A stretch of 63,464 nucleotides of DNA, the filler included. It is 4 parts of 4 records of this genome, joined end to end, with 100 filler letters (N's around TTAATTAATTAA, not from the genome) between each part and the next. Parts side by side here need not be neighbours in the genome. Positions count along the whole stretch, not along the records: positions 31,571 to 39,146 come from SRR20825010_3184; positions 39,247 to 58,834 come from SRR20825010_3186; 2 more parts are not named here. The stretch is one strand, 5' to 3'. Every line of letters begins with the position of its first letter. Within the stretch, counting starts at the first letter, position 1. This document shows positions 36,201-44,555 of this stretch, one piece after another. Position numbers and translations under genes: made by a program. The notes under the pieces were generated by a model. It searched no databases. It saw only the letters and a list, made by a program, of their open reading frames with translations, and had not been told where the DNA came from.

Positions 36201-36785
36201 GGTGCAGGCAATTTGCTTGGCGAAGAACAGTCCGGTCACATCAAGGAAGTCGGGATCGAGCTTTATCAGCAAATGATCGAAGAGGCCGTGGCCGAGGCCA
36301 AAGGTGAGATTGACGCGTCTGAAGAAGCAAGCTTCATCCCACAGATCAATATTGGCATGCCGGTTCTTATCCCGGATCGTTATGTTCCGGATCTGGGTGT
36401 TCGCCTTGGACTTTATCGCCGAATTTCGGAATTGCGTTCGCGCGAAGAAGTTGACCAGTTCGCAGCGGAAATGATCGATCGGTTCGGCAAGCTGCCCAAA
36501 GAGGTCGAAAACCTTCTGGATGTCGTCACCATCAAACAATGGTGCCGTGTCGCAAATATTGAAAAGCTTGATGCCGGTCCGAAAGGTGCTTTGATCACGC
36601 TGCATAATAACGAATTCCCCAATCCGGGTGGATTGATCGGATTTATTCAGCAACAGGTCGGCGTCGCGCGCCTGCGACCGGATCACAAGATTGTCTATGC
36701 CGCAGGATGGGATGGCCCGACTGATCGTCTTGAAGGCCTTAAACGTCTGATGAAACGGCTGTCCGACATCGCAGTTAGCACATAA
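33288..36785 (+). CDS. mfd: Transcription-repair coupling factor
   Basis: CarD-like HGIGRY, CGDVGFGKT, DEEQHFG and QLRGRIGRS motifs, plus the TRCF domain. Confidence 0.98.
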   Translation: MNKSKEIISTKGRKRVGGVPEGSDALILRELLEAAEKNATILHIARDDKRMSQLAEALRFFAGEVEVLTLPAWDCLPYDRVSPISEVTARRIETLTTLSEGTKPAAGFGRIVLTTAAAAVQRVPRVDVMRKGKLAFKAGTEYDRTELTVYFERMGYNRAEQVMEPGDYAVRGDIVDIFAPGMKDPVRLDFFGDEIESIRRFDVESQRTVGKVKEIALLPVGEVFLDPDSISRFRSGYRELFGAVSQTDPLYESISNGLKYGGMEHWMPLFHDGLDTIFAYLPDSIVTLDYQYSEVIENRLEMIDDYYQARLNIKGGGLAGDNVYKPVPTERLYLDHAEFDRMLSDRTVLEYSPYYDDENPERGIFDLGARAGRDFGDVRARADTNLYDELRDFITAQRGKENQVVIATYSDGSRDRIVSLLREHGVGKVVPCECWEDVIDDLSHEHVGVVILDIERGFRRKGLWFVTEQDILGDRMSRPGGRRRKADNFLREASEISEGDIVVHLEHGIGRYLGLKTVTAGGAPHDCLELEYDGGDKLFVPVENIEVLSRYGSDEGLSILDKLGGVAWQARKAKLRERIRDMAGKLIKVAAERHLRKGAVLQAPEGNYDEFCAGFPFAETEDQARAINDTLDDLSAGKPMDRLVCGDVGFGKTEVAMRAAFAAVMSGKQVAIVAPTTLLCRQHYLNFKQRFDGLPVRVEQLSRLVTGKNAKLVKDNIESGHVDIVCGTHALLGNGVHFKDLGLLVVDEEQHFGVKHKERLKELKSDVHVLTLTATPIPRTLQLALTGVKELSIIATPPVDRLAVRTYITPYDPVVVREAILRERHRGGQIFYVCPRVNELGRVAKELESLVPEIKFDVAHGQMGARDLEQVMTDFTDRKFDLLLATNIIESGIDVPNANTMIIHRADMFGLAQLYQLRGRIGRSKQRAYAYLTLPNGKKLTATALKRLEVMQTLDNLGAGFNLASHDLDIRGAGNLLGEEQSGHIKEVGIELYQQMIEEAVAEAKGEIDASEEASFIPQINIGMPVLIPDRYVPDLGVRLGLYRRISELRSREEVDQFAAEMIDRFGKLPKEVENLLDVVTIKQWCRVANIEKLDAGPKGALITLHNNEFPNPGGLIGFIQQQVGVARLRPDHKIVYAAGWDGPTDRLEGLKRLMKRLSDIAVST

Positions 36786-36787
36786 AG

Positions 36788-36822
36788 AAAGGCGGGATAA
36801 CAAATTGTTATCCCGCCTTTTT
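36788..36822. terminator. Bidirectional terminator between convergent genes
   Basis: AAAGGCGGGATAACAA-A-TTGTTATCCCGCCTTT followed by TT. Confidence 0.9.
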
Positions 36823-36841
36823 GCCTTGCTAACTAGAAGCG

Positions 36842-37495
36842 TTAAACGGGCATTTCTTCCTGTCGCGCAAGCCGGATCATCCGTTGTAAAATATCAGGTT
36901 CCTGTGCGCCGGAAAGTGCGTGACGGCTGTTAAACAGGAAACAGGGAACCCCGGTCACACCCATTTGATGGGCCACGCGGTTTTCTTGACCGACAAATTC
37001 GCGGTCCATATCACCCGCCAGATATTCCAAAGTTTCCATACGGTCGCTACCATGGCGCACGGCAATTTCAGCCAACAGCTCATGGTCGCCAATGTCTTGC
37101 CCTTCAAGGAAATAGGCAACAAACAGGTCTTCAACCAACGCATTGCCAACGGCTGGACGTTCTGCGCAAACCTTGTAGATCAGACGATGAGAATCCGTTG
37201 AATCCGGCGTGACTTTGATATCTTCAAATTTGAAATCAATACCAACAGCAGCACCTGCATCTTCAATCGCCTTGTAAACGCGGGTTGCACTGTCAGCCCC
37301 GCCAAATTTTGCCGATAGATACAGTTTGCGGTCTATGCCACCACTTGGCATATCCGGGTTCAACAGGAAAGGGCGCCAATTAATGATCAGATTGTCAAGT
37401 TTCTCACGCGACAGTGCCTTTTCCAGACGCTTTTTCCCGATGTAGCACCATGGGCAAATCGTATCGACAATCGCTTCGATCCGGATGGGTGTCAT
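36842..37495 (-). CDS. DsbA-family (FrnE-like) oxidoreductase
   Basis: DTICPWCYIGK and GVTGVP motifs; start at 37495 or 37540. Confidence 0.9.
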   Translation of the reverse strand: MTPIRIEAIVDTICPWCYIGKKRLEKALSREKLDNLIINWRPFLLNPDMPSGGIDRKLYLSAKFGGADSATRVYKAIEDAGAAVGIDFKFEDIKVTPDSTDSHRLIYKVCAERPAVGNALVEDLFVAYFLEGQDIGDHELLAEIAVRHGSDRMETLEYLAGDMDREFVGQENRVAHQMGVTGVPCFLFNSRHALSGAQEPDILQRMIRLARQEEMPV

Positions 37496-37532
37496 TGATG
37501 TTTCGCTTTGTCCGACCTGCCAGTTCACGACG

Positions 37533-38756
37533 TTATCCATTCAAGAAAGAGGTGCCTGTTCCAAGCGGTGCAATCCCAAGGTGATCGGCAACCGTTTGTC
37601 CGATATCGGCAAAAGTTTCACGCATCCCCAACGGGCCGGGTGCGATTGCCGGACCGAATGCCAAGATCGGAACAAACTCACGGGTATGATCATTGCCCCG
37701 CCAAGATGGATCACAGCCATGGTCAGCAGTAATGATCACCAGATCACCTGGTTTCAGCACAGCACGAAGTTCCGGGATGCGTTTATCAAATTCTTCAAGT
37801 GCGTTTGCATAGCCCGGAACGTCACGACGGTGACCGAATTCCATATCGAAGTCCACCAGGTTGGTGAACACAATGCTGTTATCGGGCGCCTCGACAATTT
37901 CGGTCATCATGGCATCAAAAAGCGCCATATTACCCGATGCTTTTACCTTTTTGGCAATGCCACGATGGGCATAGATGTCTGCGATCTTGCCAACCGAAAT
38001 CACCTTGCCACCCGTATCACTAAACTGTTCAAGCAGGGTCGGTTTGTGCGGCGGCACTGCGATATCGCGACGATTGGACGTACGTTTGAAATCAGCCGGG
38101 CTTTCACCGATGAACGGGCGAGCAATCACACGGCCGATGTTATAGGGCTCGACCAATTTAAATGCGATCTCGCAGACCTCATAAAGACGGTCCAGACCAA
38201 AATGCTCTTCATGGGCGGCAATCTGAAACACACTATCGGCCGAGGTATAGCAAATCGGCATTCCGGACTTGATATGTTCCTGCCCGAGTTCAGCAATGAT
38301 GTTGGTACCCGACGCGTGACAGTTGCCCAATATACCCGGCAGTTTTGCCTGTTTAATCAGTTCATCTGTCAGTTCAGCCGGGAATGTCGGAACGGTCAGC
38401 GGAAAATAACCCCAGTCAAAGTCAACTGGCACACCGGCAATTTCCCAATGGCCACTTGGGGTATCCTTGCCGCGCGACAGTTCCTTGGCATGACCAAAGG
38501 CACCAATAATCGCACCTCCATGGTCCAGTCCCGGCGGAACGCGGCCCGTCGCATCTTTGGCTGCTTCGCCCAGACCAAGTGCCACCATATTGGGAACATT
38601 CAACTCGCCGCTGCGATGATCGCTGTCGGCAATGCCCTTGGCGCAATGTTCTGCAATATGACCAAGGGTATCTGAACCCTGATCACCGAATTTCGATGCG
38701 TCCGGTGCAGAGCCAATTCCAAAACTGTCTGCTACAATGATGATGGCACGTGCCAT
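37533..38756 (-). CDS. deoB: Phosphopentomutase
   Basis: [21 protein letters not shown] and TADHGCDP motifs. Confidence 0.96.
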   Translation of the reverse strand: MARAIIIVADSFGIGSAPDASKFGDQGSDTLGHIAEHCAKGIADSDHRSGELNVPNMVALGLGEAAKDATGRVPPGLDHGGAIIGAFGHAKELSRGKDTPSGHWEIAGVPVDFDWGYFPLTVPTFPAELTDELIKQAKLPGILGNCHASGTNIIAELGQEHIKSGMPICYTSADSVFQIAAHEEHFGLDRLYEVCEIAFKLVEPYNIGRVIARPFIGESPADFKRTSNRRDIAVPPHKPTLLEQFSDTGGKVISVGKIADIYAHRGIAKKVKASGNMALFDAMMTEIVEAPDNSIVFTNLVDFDMEFGHRRDVPGYANALEEFDKRIPELRAVLKPGDLVIITADHGCDPSWRGNDHTREFVPILAFGPAIAPGPLGMRETFADIGQTVADHLGIAPLGTGTSFLNG

Positions 38757-38815
38757 TGATGTCTTCCTTCAAGCCTGATCTGGCGAATATCTTATCTCGC
38801 AGATAGTCAGTTTTT

Positions 38816-39146
38816 CTAATAGTTGCCAGTCGCAGCAGGTGCATCACCCGGATTGACGCCACAAGTCGCAAGAAGGGCCGTCAAAACGCCACTTGCCCCA
38901 AAGCGGAACGTTTCAGGCCTGGCCCAGCCATCGCCCATGATGCTATCGGCAATTGCAATATAAAGGGCTGCATCTTCGGTGGTTTTAACCCCGCCAGATG
39001 CCTTGAAACCTGCATCAACACCATCTTCATCACGGGCATCACGAATTGCACTTAACATGGCAACAGCCGTTTCCGGTGTCGCGCCGACAGGCACTTTCCC
39101 GGTAGATGTTTTCACAAAATTCGCACCATGCTTGATCGCAAGGCGG
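38816..39146 (-). CDS. deoC: Deoxyribose-phosphate aldolase, 5' end truncated
   Basis: FVKTSTGK, GFKASGG and FRFGAS motifs; upstream of deoB. Confidence 0.92.
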
Positions 39147-39246
39147 NNNNNNNNNNNNNNNNNNNNNNNNNNNNNNNNNNNNNNNNNNNNTTAATTAATT
39201 AANNNNNNNNNNNNNNNNNNNNNNNNNNNNNNNNNNNNNNNNNNNN
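39147..39246. other. Artificial contig spacer
   Basis: N-TTAATTAATTAA-N linker. Confidence 0.99.
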
Positions 39247-39346
39247 TGTTGAACGAGGCCGTTGGCCATTCGAGGATAAAACGCGACTTCAAAACGCGTG
39301 AGCGAAGGGCACGTTGTGCGGATACTGTTCGCAAAACGATTGACAG

Positions 39347-39952
39347 GTGAATGCATTGCCACAAGATCTTCTCACCGACGAAGAAGGCCACGCTCGCTGT
39401 GGCTGGTGCGGCACCGACGCGGACTACATCCGCTATCATGACGAAGAGTGGGGCGTGCCCGTCCGGGACGACCTGCGTCTATTCGAGAAGATCTGCTTAG
39501 AAGGTTTTCAGTGCGGCCTGTCTTGGATCACAATTCTAAAACGCCGCGAAGCGTTCCGGGAATGCTTCGCTGGCTTCGATCCGCATCAGCTCGCGAAGTT
39601 CACCACGTCCGATGTCGAGCGACTGATGATCGATTCTCGGATCATCCGAAATCGAGCCAAGATTGAAGCCGCAATTCAGAACGCTCGAACGATGAGAGCG
39701 ATGGTGGACAAGGACGAGTCACTTTCCAAACTGCTTTGGCAGTTCGCCCCCAAAAAGCAACGGGTCTATCGAAGACTCGATCAAGTCCCAGCGATCACCG
39801 ACGAGTCAACCAAGATGAGCCGCACACTCAAGAAGGCCGGTTGGAAATTCGTCGGCCCCACGACCTGTTATGCTCTGATGCAAGCAACCGGCATGGTGAA
39901 CGATCATTTGCGTGGATGTTTCCGACATGGCGCGGTCAAGGCTCTTCGCTGA
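39347..39952 (+). CDS. tag: DNA-3-methyladenine glycosylase I
   Basis: RC.W, YHDEEWG, LEGFQ.GLSW, FVGPTT and NDH..GC motifs. Confidence 0.95.
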   Translation: MNALPQDLLTDEEGHARCGWCGTDADYIRYHDEEWGVPVRDDLRLFEKICLEGFQCGLSWITILKRREAFRECFAGFDPHQLAKFTTSDVERLMIDSRIIRNRAKIEAAIQNARTMRAMVDKDESLSKLLWQFAPKKQRVYRRLDQVPAITDESTKMSRTLKKAGWKFVGPTTCYALMQATGMVNDHLRGCFRHGAVKALR

Positions 39953-39999
39953 GGACATTTCTATTGGTTTCTGATAACTCGGACAGCGAATCGGAGGTC

Positions 40000-40989
40000 G
40001 TGACATCTTTTGCCAACAGAGTCATTTCTCGATGGACAGAGGACTTTGAATGCATTGACGCAAAAAGCTTTCTGCATGGGATGGCCGGCATATCCCTCTT
40101 CCCTGCAATTTGCATTGTCTTTTCTTCGATCGTCATCGCTTTGCTAGAGTCTTCGTCTCCATCAAGGCCGCCTTTCGCCCTGATGTTTGTAATCACCGGG
40201 CTTGTCTATATCCCCTCCTTTGCGTCAGTCTCGCTGCTGGCATTCCTCACATATTTGCTGCCAGAACGGTTCCTCCTAAAATCGCTGTATGTCGCTGTCA
40301 CAGTCGCCTTGAATCTTGAACTGCTAATCATTCTTTTGTGGCTGTTAGGCTCCGTGCCATTTTCCCATTCTGAAGTTTGGGCGGCAATTGCACCCCCAAT
40401 CTTCGTTCTCTGCTTCTCGGTCAGCACAGTCGCCACAGCATTTCAGTGGTTTAGATCGCATACACTCCGACCAAACATGCTGTTTGTGAAGCGAACGAGA
40501 CCGATATCCATCGGGATCTCGCTGGAACTCGTCCTCACGGTTGCGTTGGCCTGCGTTGCCTGGAAACTCTTTTTTGGATTCCACGAGATCAGCCCCTTGA
40601 TTTTCATCTTGGCGGCAGCGGGATTCGTGTCAGGACTCGCAGCCGCCTCGATGACCTACGCCGTCATCCCAACCAACTATCACGTTCAAGTCGGGTTTCC
40701 TTGCATTGATCCGGCAATCAAATATCGCCCCGTGATCATCACTTGGGCAATTGCTGCAATCGGCAACCTAGTGCTGATGGCATCGACGGCAGACTTTGCG
40801 ACATGGTCGATCGGTGGATTCCTGGCCTGGATTGTGGCGTCCATATTCAACGCAGCCGTGATGGTTGCATTGCTCGGCACGGGCCTCTATTGGCTGCGAC
40901 GCTGCGGTTGGACGCTTGAGCGGCCTCATTCCAAAGACCTGAAGGTTTCGCCATCGGACGCAAACCTACTCGACGGACAGTTGACATAG
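40000..40989 (+). CDS. Multi-pass membrane protein, paralog 1
   Basis: About 8 hydrophobic segments; C-terminal ASIFNAA..WLRRCGWT. Start uncertain (GTG 40000 or ATG 40081). Confidence 0.7.
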   Translation: MTSFANRVISRWTEDFECIDAKSFLHGMAGISLFPAICIVFSSIVIALLESSSPSRPPFALMFVITGLVYIPSFASVSLLAFLTYLLPERFLLKSLYVAVTVALNLELLIILLWLLGSVPFSHSEVWAAIAPPIFVLCFSVSTVATAFQWFRSHTLRPNMLFVKRTRPISIGISLELVLTVALACVAWKLFFGFHEISPLIFILAAAGFVSGLAAASMTYAVIPTNYHVQVGFPCIDPAIKYRPVIITWAIAAIGNLVLMASTADFATWSIGGFLAWIVASIFNAAVMVALLGTGLYWLRRCGWTLERPHSKDLKVSPSDANLLDGQLT

Positions 40990-41000
40990 CGAGTCATGTC

Positions 41001-42080
41001 ATGACTGAGAATTCAGACGTCACCACCGAACCTCACGCCACTGACTGGCGTATCGCGGTTCGCATTCTTGACTGGCGAAGTTTGGCGTTTGGATTGCTAG
41101 GACTCGTGGTTTGGCTGGGAGCTTGTGTCGTCTGGGGTGCCGCAATTTTGGGTTTCTTGCATAGCAATTCAATTCCGCCCCCCTCTTCACACGCACTGCG
41201 CATCGTAATCATCGGTGTGATGTGCACCCCGATGGTCGCTGCTTTTGGCCTGGCTGTATTCGTTCCTTTGCTGCTGTTTCAGCGTCTTGCATTCACCGCG
41301 GTCTTTGTTGCTGGCACTGTCATTGTCAACCTATTGTTGCTGGCGATAGCAGTCAGTCTTTTCGATGCGGTTCCTAGATCCAGATTCATCAAGGACATCA
41401 CACCGCTGCTTTTCGGTTTCTGTGTCACGCTCAGTGTTTTGGCGACCGTGTCGCAGTGGATTACCTCAAAGTCATTGCGTCCGAAAATGAAAGTCGCGTC
41501 GGCACCCCGGCACGTTTCGATTCGAGATTTAATGGGTTTGATGTTCGCGACCGCATTGATCTTCGGCATAGCGCGAGTCGCTTTTCGCCAGGTCTCACTT
41601 GAAGTTGATTTCTACATTGCCATTGGATTCGGAATCGCAACCGCGGTGATCATTTCGACAATGGTCAAAACCATCATTCCTTTTAACGCCATACCGATTG
41701 ACGGCAATCGAAAGCCCGCAACAAGTTCGGGTCGAAATTTTCGGATCGCCTTGCGTCTGCTTGCGGCCGGGACGGTTGCAGCAGCAACTACGTTCGCGTG
41801 GGCGTTTTGGATAGAGGTTCGATTTGTGCTTTGGCCTTTGAGATGGAACCAAGTCGTTGAGATGGCTGCCTTGGCAGCGGCCTCTGTTTTCAACGCGGCT
41901 CTCATGCTGGCATCTGTCAGCGTCGGGCTGCTTTGGACCCGAAGGTGCGGGTGGACGATCCAATCGTCACGCCGAATCGCACCCAGTGGCGAGGCTGGCT
42001 CTCGCACGAAATCAAACTCTCTGGCTCATGCAGAGACTGATTCGGCTCGCTCCACCGCCGAGACCGGCAGCTCGGCATAG
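41001..42080 (+). CDS. Multi-pass membrane protein, paralog 2
   Basis: About 8 hydrophobic segments, SIRDLM motif and C-terminal ASVFNAA..WTRRCGWT. Confidence 0.72.
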   Translation: MTENSDVTTEPHATDWRIAVRILDWRSLAFGLLGLVVWLGACVVWGAAILGFLHSNSIPPPSSHALRIVIIGVMCTPMVAAFGLAVFVPLLLFQRLAFTAVFVAGTVIVNLLLLAIAVSLFDAVPRSRFIKDITPLLFGFCVTLSVLATVSQWITSKSLRPKMKVASAPRHVSIRDLMGLMFATALIFGIARVAFRQVSLEVDFYIAIGFGIATAVIISTMVKTIIPFNAIPIDGNRKPATSSGRNFRIALRLLAAGTVAAATTFAWAFWIEVRFVLWPLRWNQVVEMAALAAASVFNAALMLASVSVGLLWTRRCGWTIQSSRRIAPSGEAGSRTKSNSLAHAETDSARSTAETGSSA

Positions 42081-42361
42081 AGATGCGGGAACAGTTCGCC
42101 GCCGCGAGACTTTTCCCAGCGTAGATTCTCTTCGATGTCAGTGACACGAATATGCAGCACGACCAAACCACTTTGGCCGGCGAAGTGAGCCGCCAATGTT
42201 CCGGGGACTTGTTGTTGAGTGGACAAGTGGATGAAGCCGTCCGCGACATCGATCGGTGCTGGGGGAAGCTTTCCGGTAGCTTGCATCTGCTCCCATTGCT
42301 GCTGGGTTGCGATTTTGCAGACGATGGATGGTGAGTCGCTGGACATGGGTTCGTTGGACAT
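42026..42361 (-). CDS. DUF952 family protein
   Basis: D..DGFIHLST..Q and WE.SRGGELFPHLY motifs; start at 42346, 42361 or 42373. Confidence 0.88.
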   Translation of the reverse strand: MSNEPMSSDSPSIVCKIATQQQWEQMQATGKLPPAPIDVADGFIHLSTQQQVPGTLAAHFAGQSGLVVLHIRVTDIEENLRWEKSRGGELFPHLYAELPVSAVERAESVSA

Positions 42362-42375
42362 GGCAATGCGCATAG

Positions 42376-42406
42376 AAAAAGCCGGCTGAGGTTATCAACC
42401 GGCTTT
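42376..42406 (-). terminator. Terminator downstream of the Cys-rich gene
   Basis: AAAGCCGG...CCGGCTTT hairpin with a T5 tract on the minus strand. Confidence 0.7.
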
Positions 42407-42469
42407 GTAGTCGTCTAAGAGACGAGGTTCAATTGTGGCGGGTGTGTGATCTCGCCACCAAACTCAAAT

Positions 42470-42868
42470 TCAGTCGCGAACGATAACGCGGCCCAGTGGC
42501 GTGAAGACAACGTCCACGCAAGTGTCACAGCAGCCGAACTTGAAGGTCATGACTTTGCGACCCAAGAACCCCTTTTTGCAGCAAACCAATTCTGGGATCA
42601 CGTTTTCGCAGCAAGCGGGAACGCAGGCGCTGACTTCAACAGGGCAGCAGGTCAAAGGGTTCTTAACGCACCAAGAAACCTTCACAGGTGCTGGTGGGCA
42701 GCAAACCGGAGCTGGTTCGCAGCAAACAGGTGCTGGAGCTTCGCAGCAAACAGGAGCCGCGTCGCAGCAGTCGTTGCCACAGCCGAGAAGGCCACAAGCA
42801 CTGGCGGACGAAGCGGACGAGATACAAACAGCAACCGCAACAGCGGCCAAGGTACGAGCGAAATTCAT
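42470..42868 (-). CDS. Cys-rich secreted protein (132 aa, 22 Cys)
   Basis: AAGGA SD, signal peptide ending in ASA, APVCC repeats and its own terminator. Confidence 0.78.
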   Translation of the reverse strand: MNFARTLAAVAVAVCISSASSASACGLLGCGNDCCDAAPVCCEAPAPVCCEPAPVCCPPAPVKVSWCVKNPLTCCPVEVSACVPACCENVIPELVCCKKGFLGRKVMTFKFGCCDTCVDVVFTPLGRVIVRD

Positions 42869-43193
42869 TGGAAATTCCTTGTAGGTAGAGAGTGAATACA
42901 CTCTGTAACCTTCAACGCAATTGTGCGTTTGGGGCAAACGTTGCCATCAGTTTGAACCCAATCGCGGTAGTCGTCGCGGTACAATTGACGCGATCGTCAC
43001 TAGCCGAAGCGATTCGGCGGTGGAATAATGAACGGCAATCGCCGAAGCTGTCGAATTCCCGCAACTTTTCGGCGTCCAATGGCGGACAAATCGATCTGAT
43101 CGTCATTGTTTAGCAAAAGACCTATTTCCTGCGAGGCATCGGACAAATTCGTCTGATCTCGCGAAGTATCCCCGCTTCAAACGGAGAAGCTTG

Positions 43194-43748
43194 ATGTCGC
43201 GTTTGTTTTTGACTGCTGCCCTGGCCTGTGCAATGGCAATCCCCGCTGCGTTCGCCGCAGACCCTGCCACCGCTGACAAAGGACTGTGCCAAGGTGACCC
43301 AATCGGCGCGTTCTACGTGACCAAGGTCGCTGGTGCAGAAGATGACGGTGTCGAAGCCGGCGAAGCATTGTGCTACCGCTGCAAATACGGTTCGCGTCCC
43401 ATGGTCATGGTCTTCGCCCGCCAAACCAGTGAACCCGTCGCGAAATTGGTCAAGGAACTTGACTCCGCCGTCGCCGCCAATGGTGACGCACAACTGAAAA
43501 GCTTTGTCACTCTGTTCGGCGAAAAAGCTGACAGTCTAAAAAGCGAAGGCAAAAAGATGGCTGCCAAGAATGTGCCAGTCGTCGTTGCCAAAGACAAAAA
43601 CGGTCCCGCAAACTACAAGTTGTCTGACGAAGCACAAATCACCGTCGTGATCGCCAACGACTCGCAGGTTGTCGCCCGTCACGAGTTCGACGCTGACAAG
43701 ATCGACGTCGCTGCTGTGATGTCCGAAGTCAAGCAAATGCTGAACTAA
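43194..43748 (+). CDS. Secreted protein with a CxxC motif, possibly thioredoxin-like
   Basis: Signal peptide (AFA), LCYRCKYG followed by VMVFAR, biased codon usage and GGAG SD. Confidence 0.72.
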   Translation: MSRLFLTAALACAMAIPAAFAADPATADKGLCQGDPIGAFYVTKVAGAEDDGVEAGEALCYRCKYGSRPMVMVFARQTSEPVAKLVKELDSAVAANGDAQLKSFVTLFGEKADSLKSEGKKMAAKNVPVVVAKDKNGPANYKLSDEAQITVVIANDSQVVARHEFDADKIDVAAVMSEVKQMLN

Positions 43749-43818
43749 TTGAATTTGAAAACTCGGAGCCCGAGTTTCCTACAAGCTAGGGCCCCGAGCT
43801 TTTCGATAAAACAAACTG

Positions 43819-43854
43819 AACCGCCCAAGTATTGATCACTTGCGGCGGTTTTTT
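43819..43854 (+). terminator. Rho-independent terminator
   Basis: CCGCC-CAAGT...ACTTG-C-GGCGG followed by T6. Confidence 0.8.
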
Positions 43855-43960
43855 CATGCTCCAGTGCCTCGCTTCGCCGATTGAATTCGTCAGGTCGTGC
43901 AAATCACCCGTCGCCGCTACGATGATTGTCGCAACGAAACACCAGCGTGATGAATGGTTG

Positions 43961-44491
43961 ATGGATTGGACTTGGCCAGATGACGACGATGAATTGGTGA
44001 CGGCCTATCACGAGGCTGGTCACGCGATCGTTGGTTGCGCACTTGGTGCCCAGATCGACCGAGTCACGCTTTCACAAGCATCGATCTTCGATGATGAAGA
44101 CGGTGACCTGCCACGGCGATTCGGTGACTGCATCGTCAACTGGGGACGTGTCGACCCAAGTGACGCCTGGCAACGTCAACGGGAATTGCTAACGGTTCTC
44201 GCGGGTCCCGTTGCCGAGTTTGTGTATCAAAGCGGTGACGAGGACTTGTTGGACGTACGTGCTTGGGAAAGCGACTGGCGGCAAGCTCAGTTGTGTGCGG
44301 CAGCTTTGAAACCGCAGGCGGCTCAACAAATCCGATTGATGCGAGAAGCAATCGTCCGTCTAAGAAAGATCGTTGCATCAGATCCTTGTTGGTCGGCAAT
44401 TGCGGCACTCGCCGACGAGTTGATGCTCGGCGACGAGATCGAAGGCGAACAGGTCGCCGATCTGGTCCGATTTTGGTGGAGCCGCGCGTAA
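43961..44491 (+). CDS. Stand-alone FtsH/M41-like zinc metallopeptidase domain
   Basis: TAYHEAGHA (HExxH), LAGPVAE and SD motifs; no AAA or TM domain. Confidence 0.72.
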   Translation: MDWTWPDDDDELVTAYHEAGHAIVGCALGAQIDRVTLSQASIFDDEDGDLPRRFGDCIVNWGRVDPSDAWQRQRELLTVLAGPVAEFVYQSGDEDLLDVRAWESDWRQAQLCAAALKPQAAQQIRLMREAIVRLRKIVASDPCWSAIAALADELMLGDEIEGEQVADLVRFWWSRA

Positions 44492-44555
44492 TCGATGCAT
44501 GGGTTACGATGTCGGCCTGTCTTGCAAATCAATTCCCCTCCTGGACGAACTCGCG

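Noticed and set aside
37485-38675. 396-aa plus-strand ORF
   Set aside because: Antisense shadow of deoB.
42690-42775. Short tandem DNA repeats that could suggest a CRISPR array
   Set aside because: The period is about 21-24 nt and in frame, encoding APVCC peptide repeats; there are no unique spacers or cas genes.
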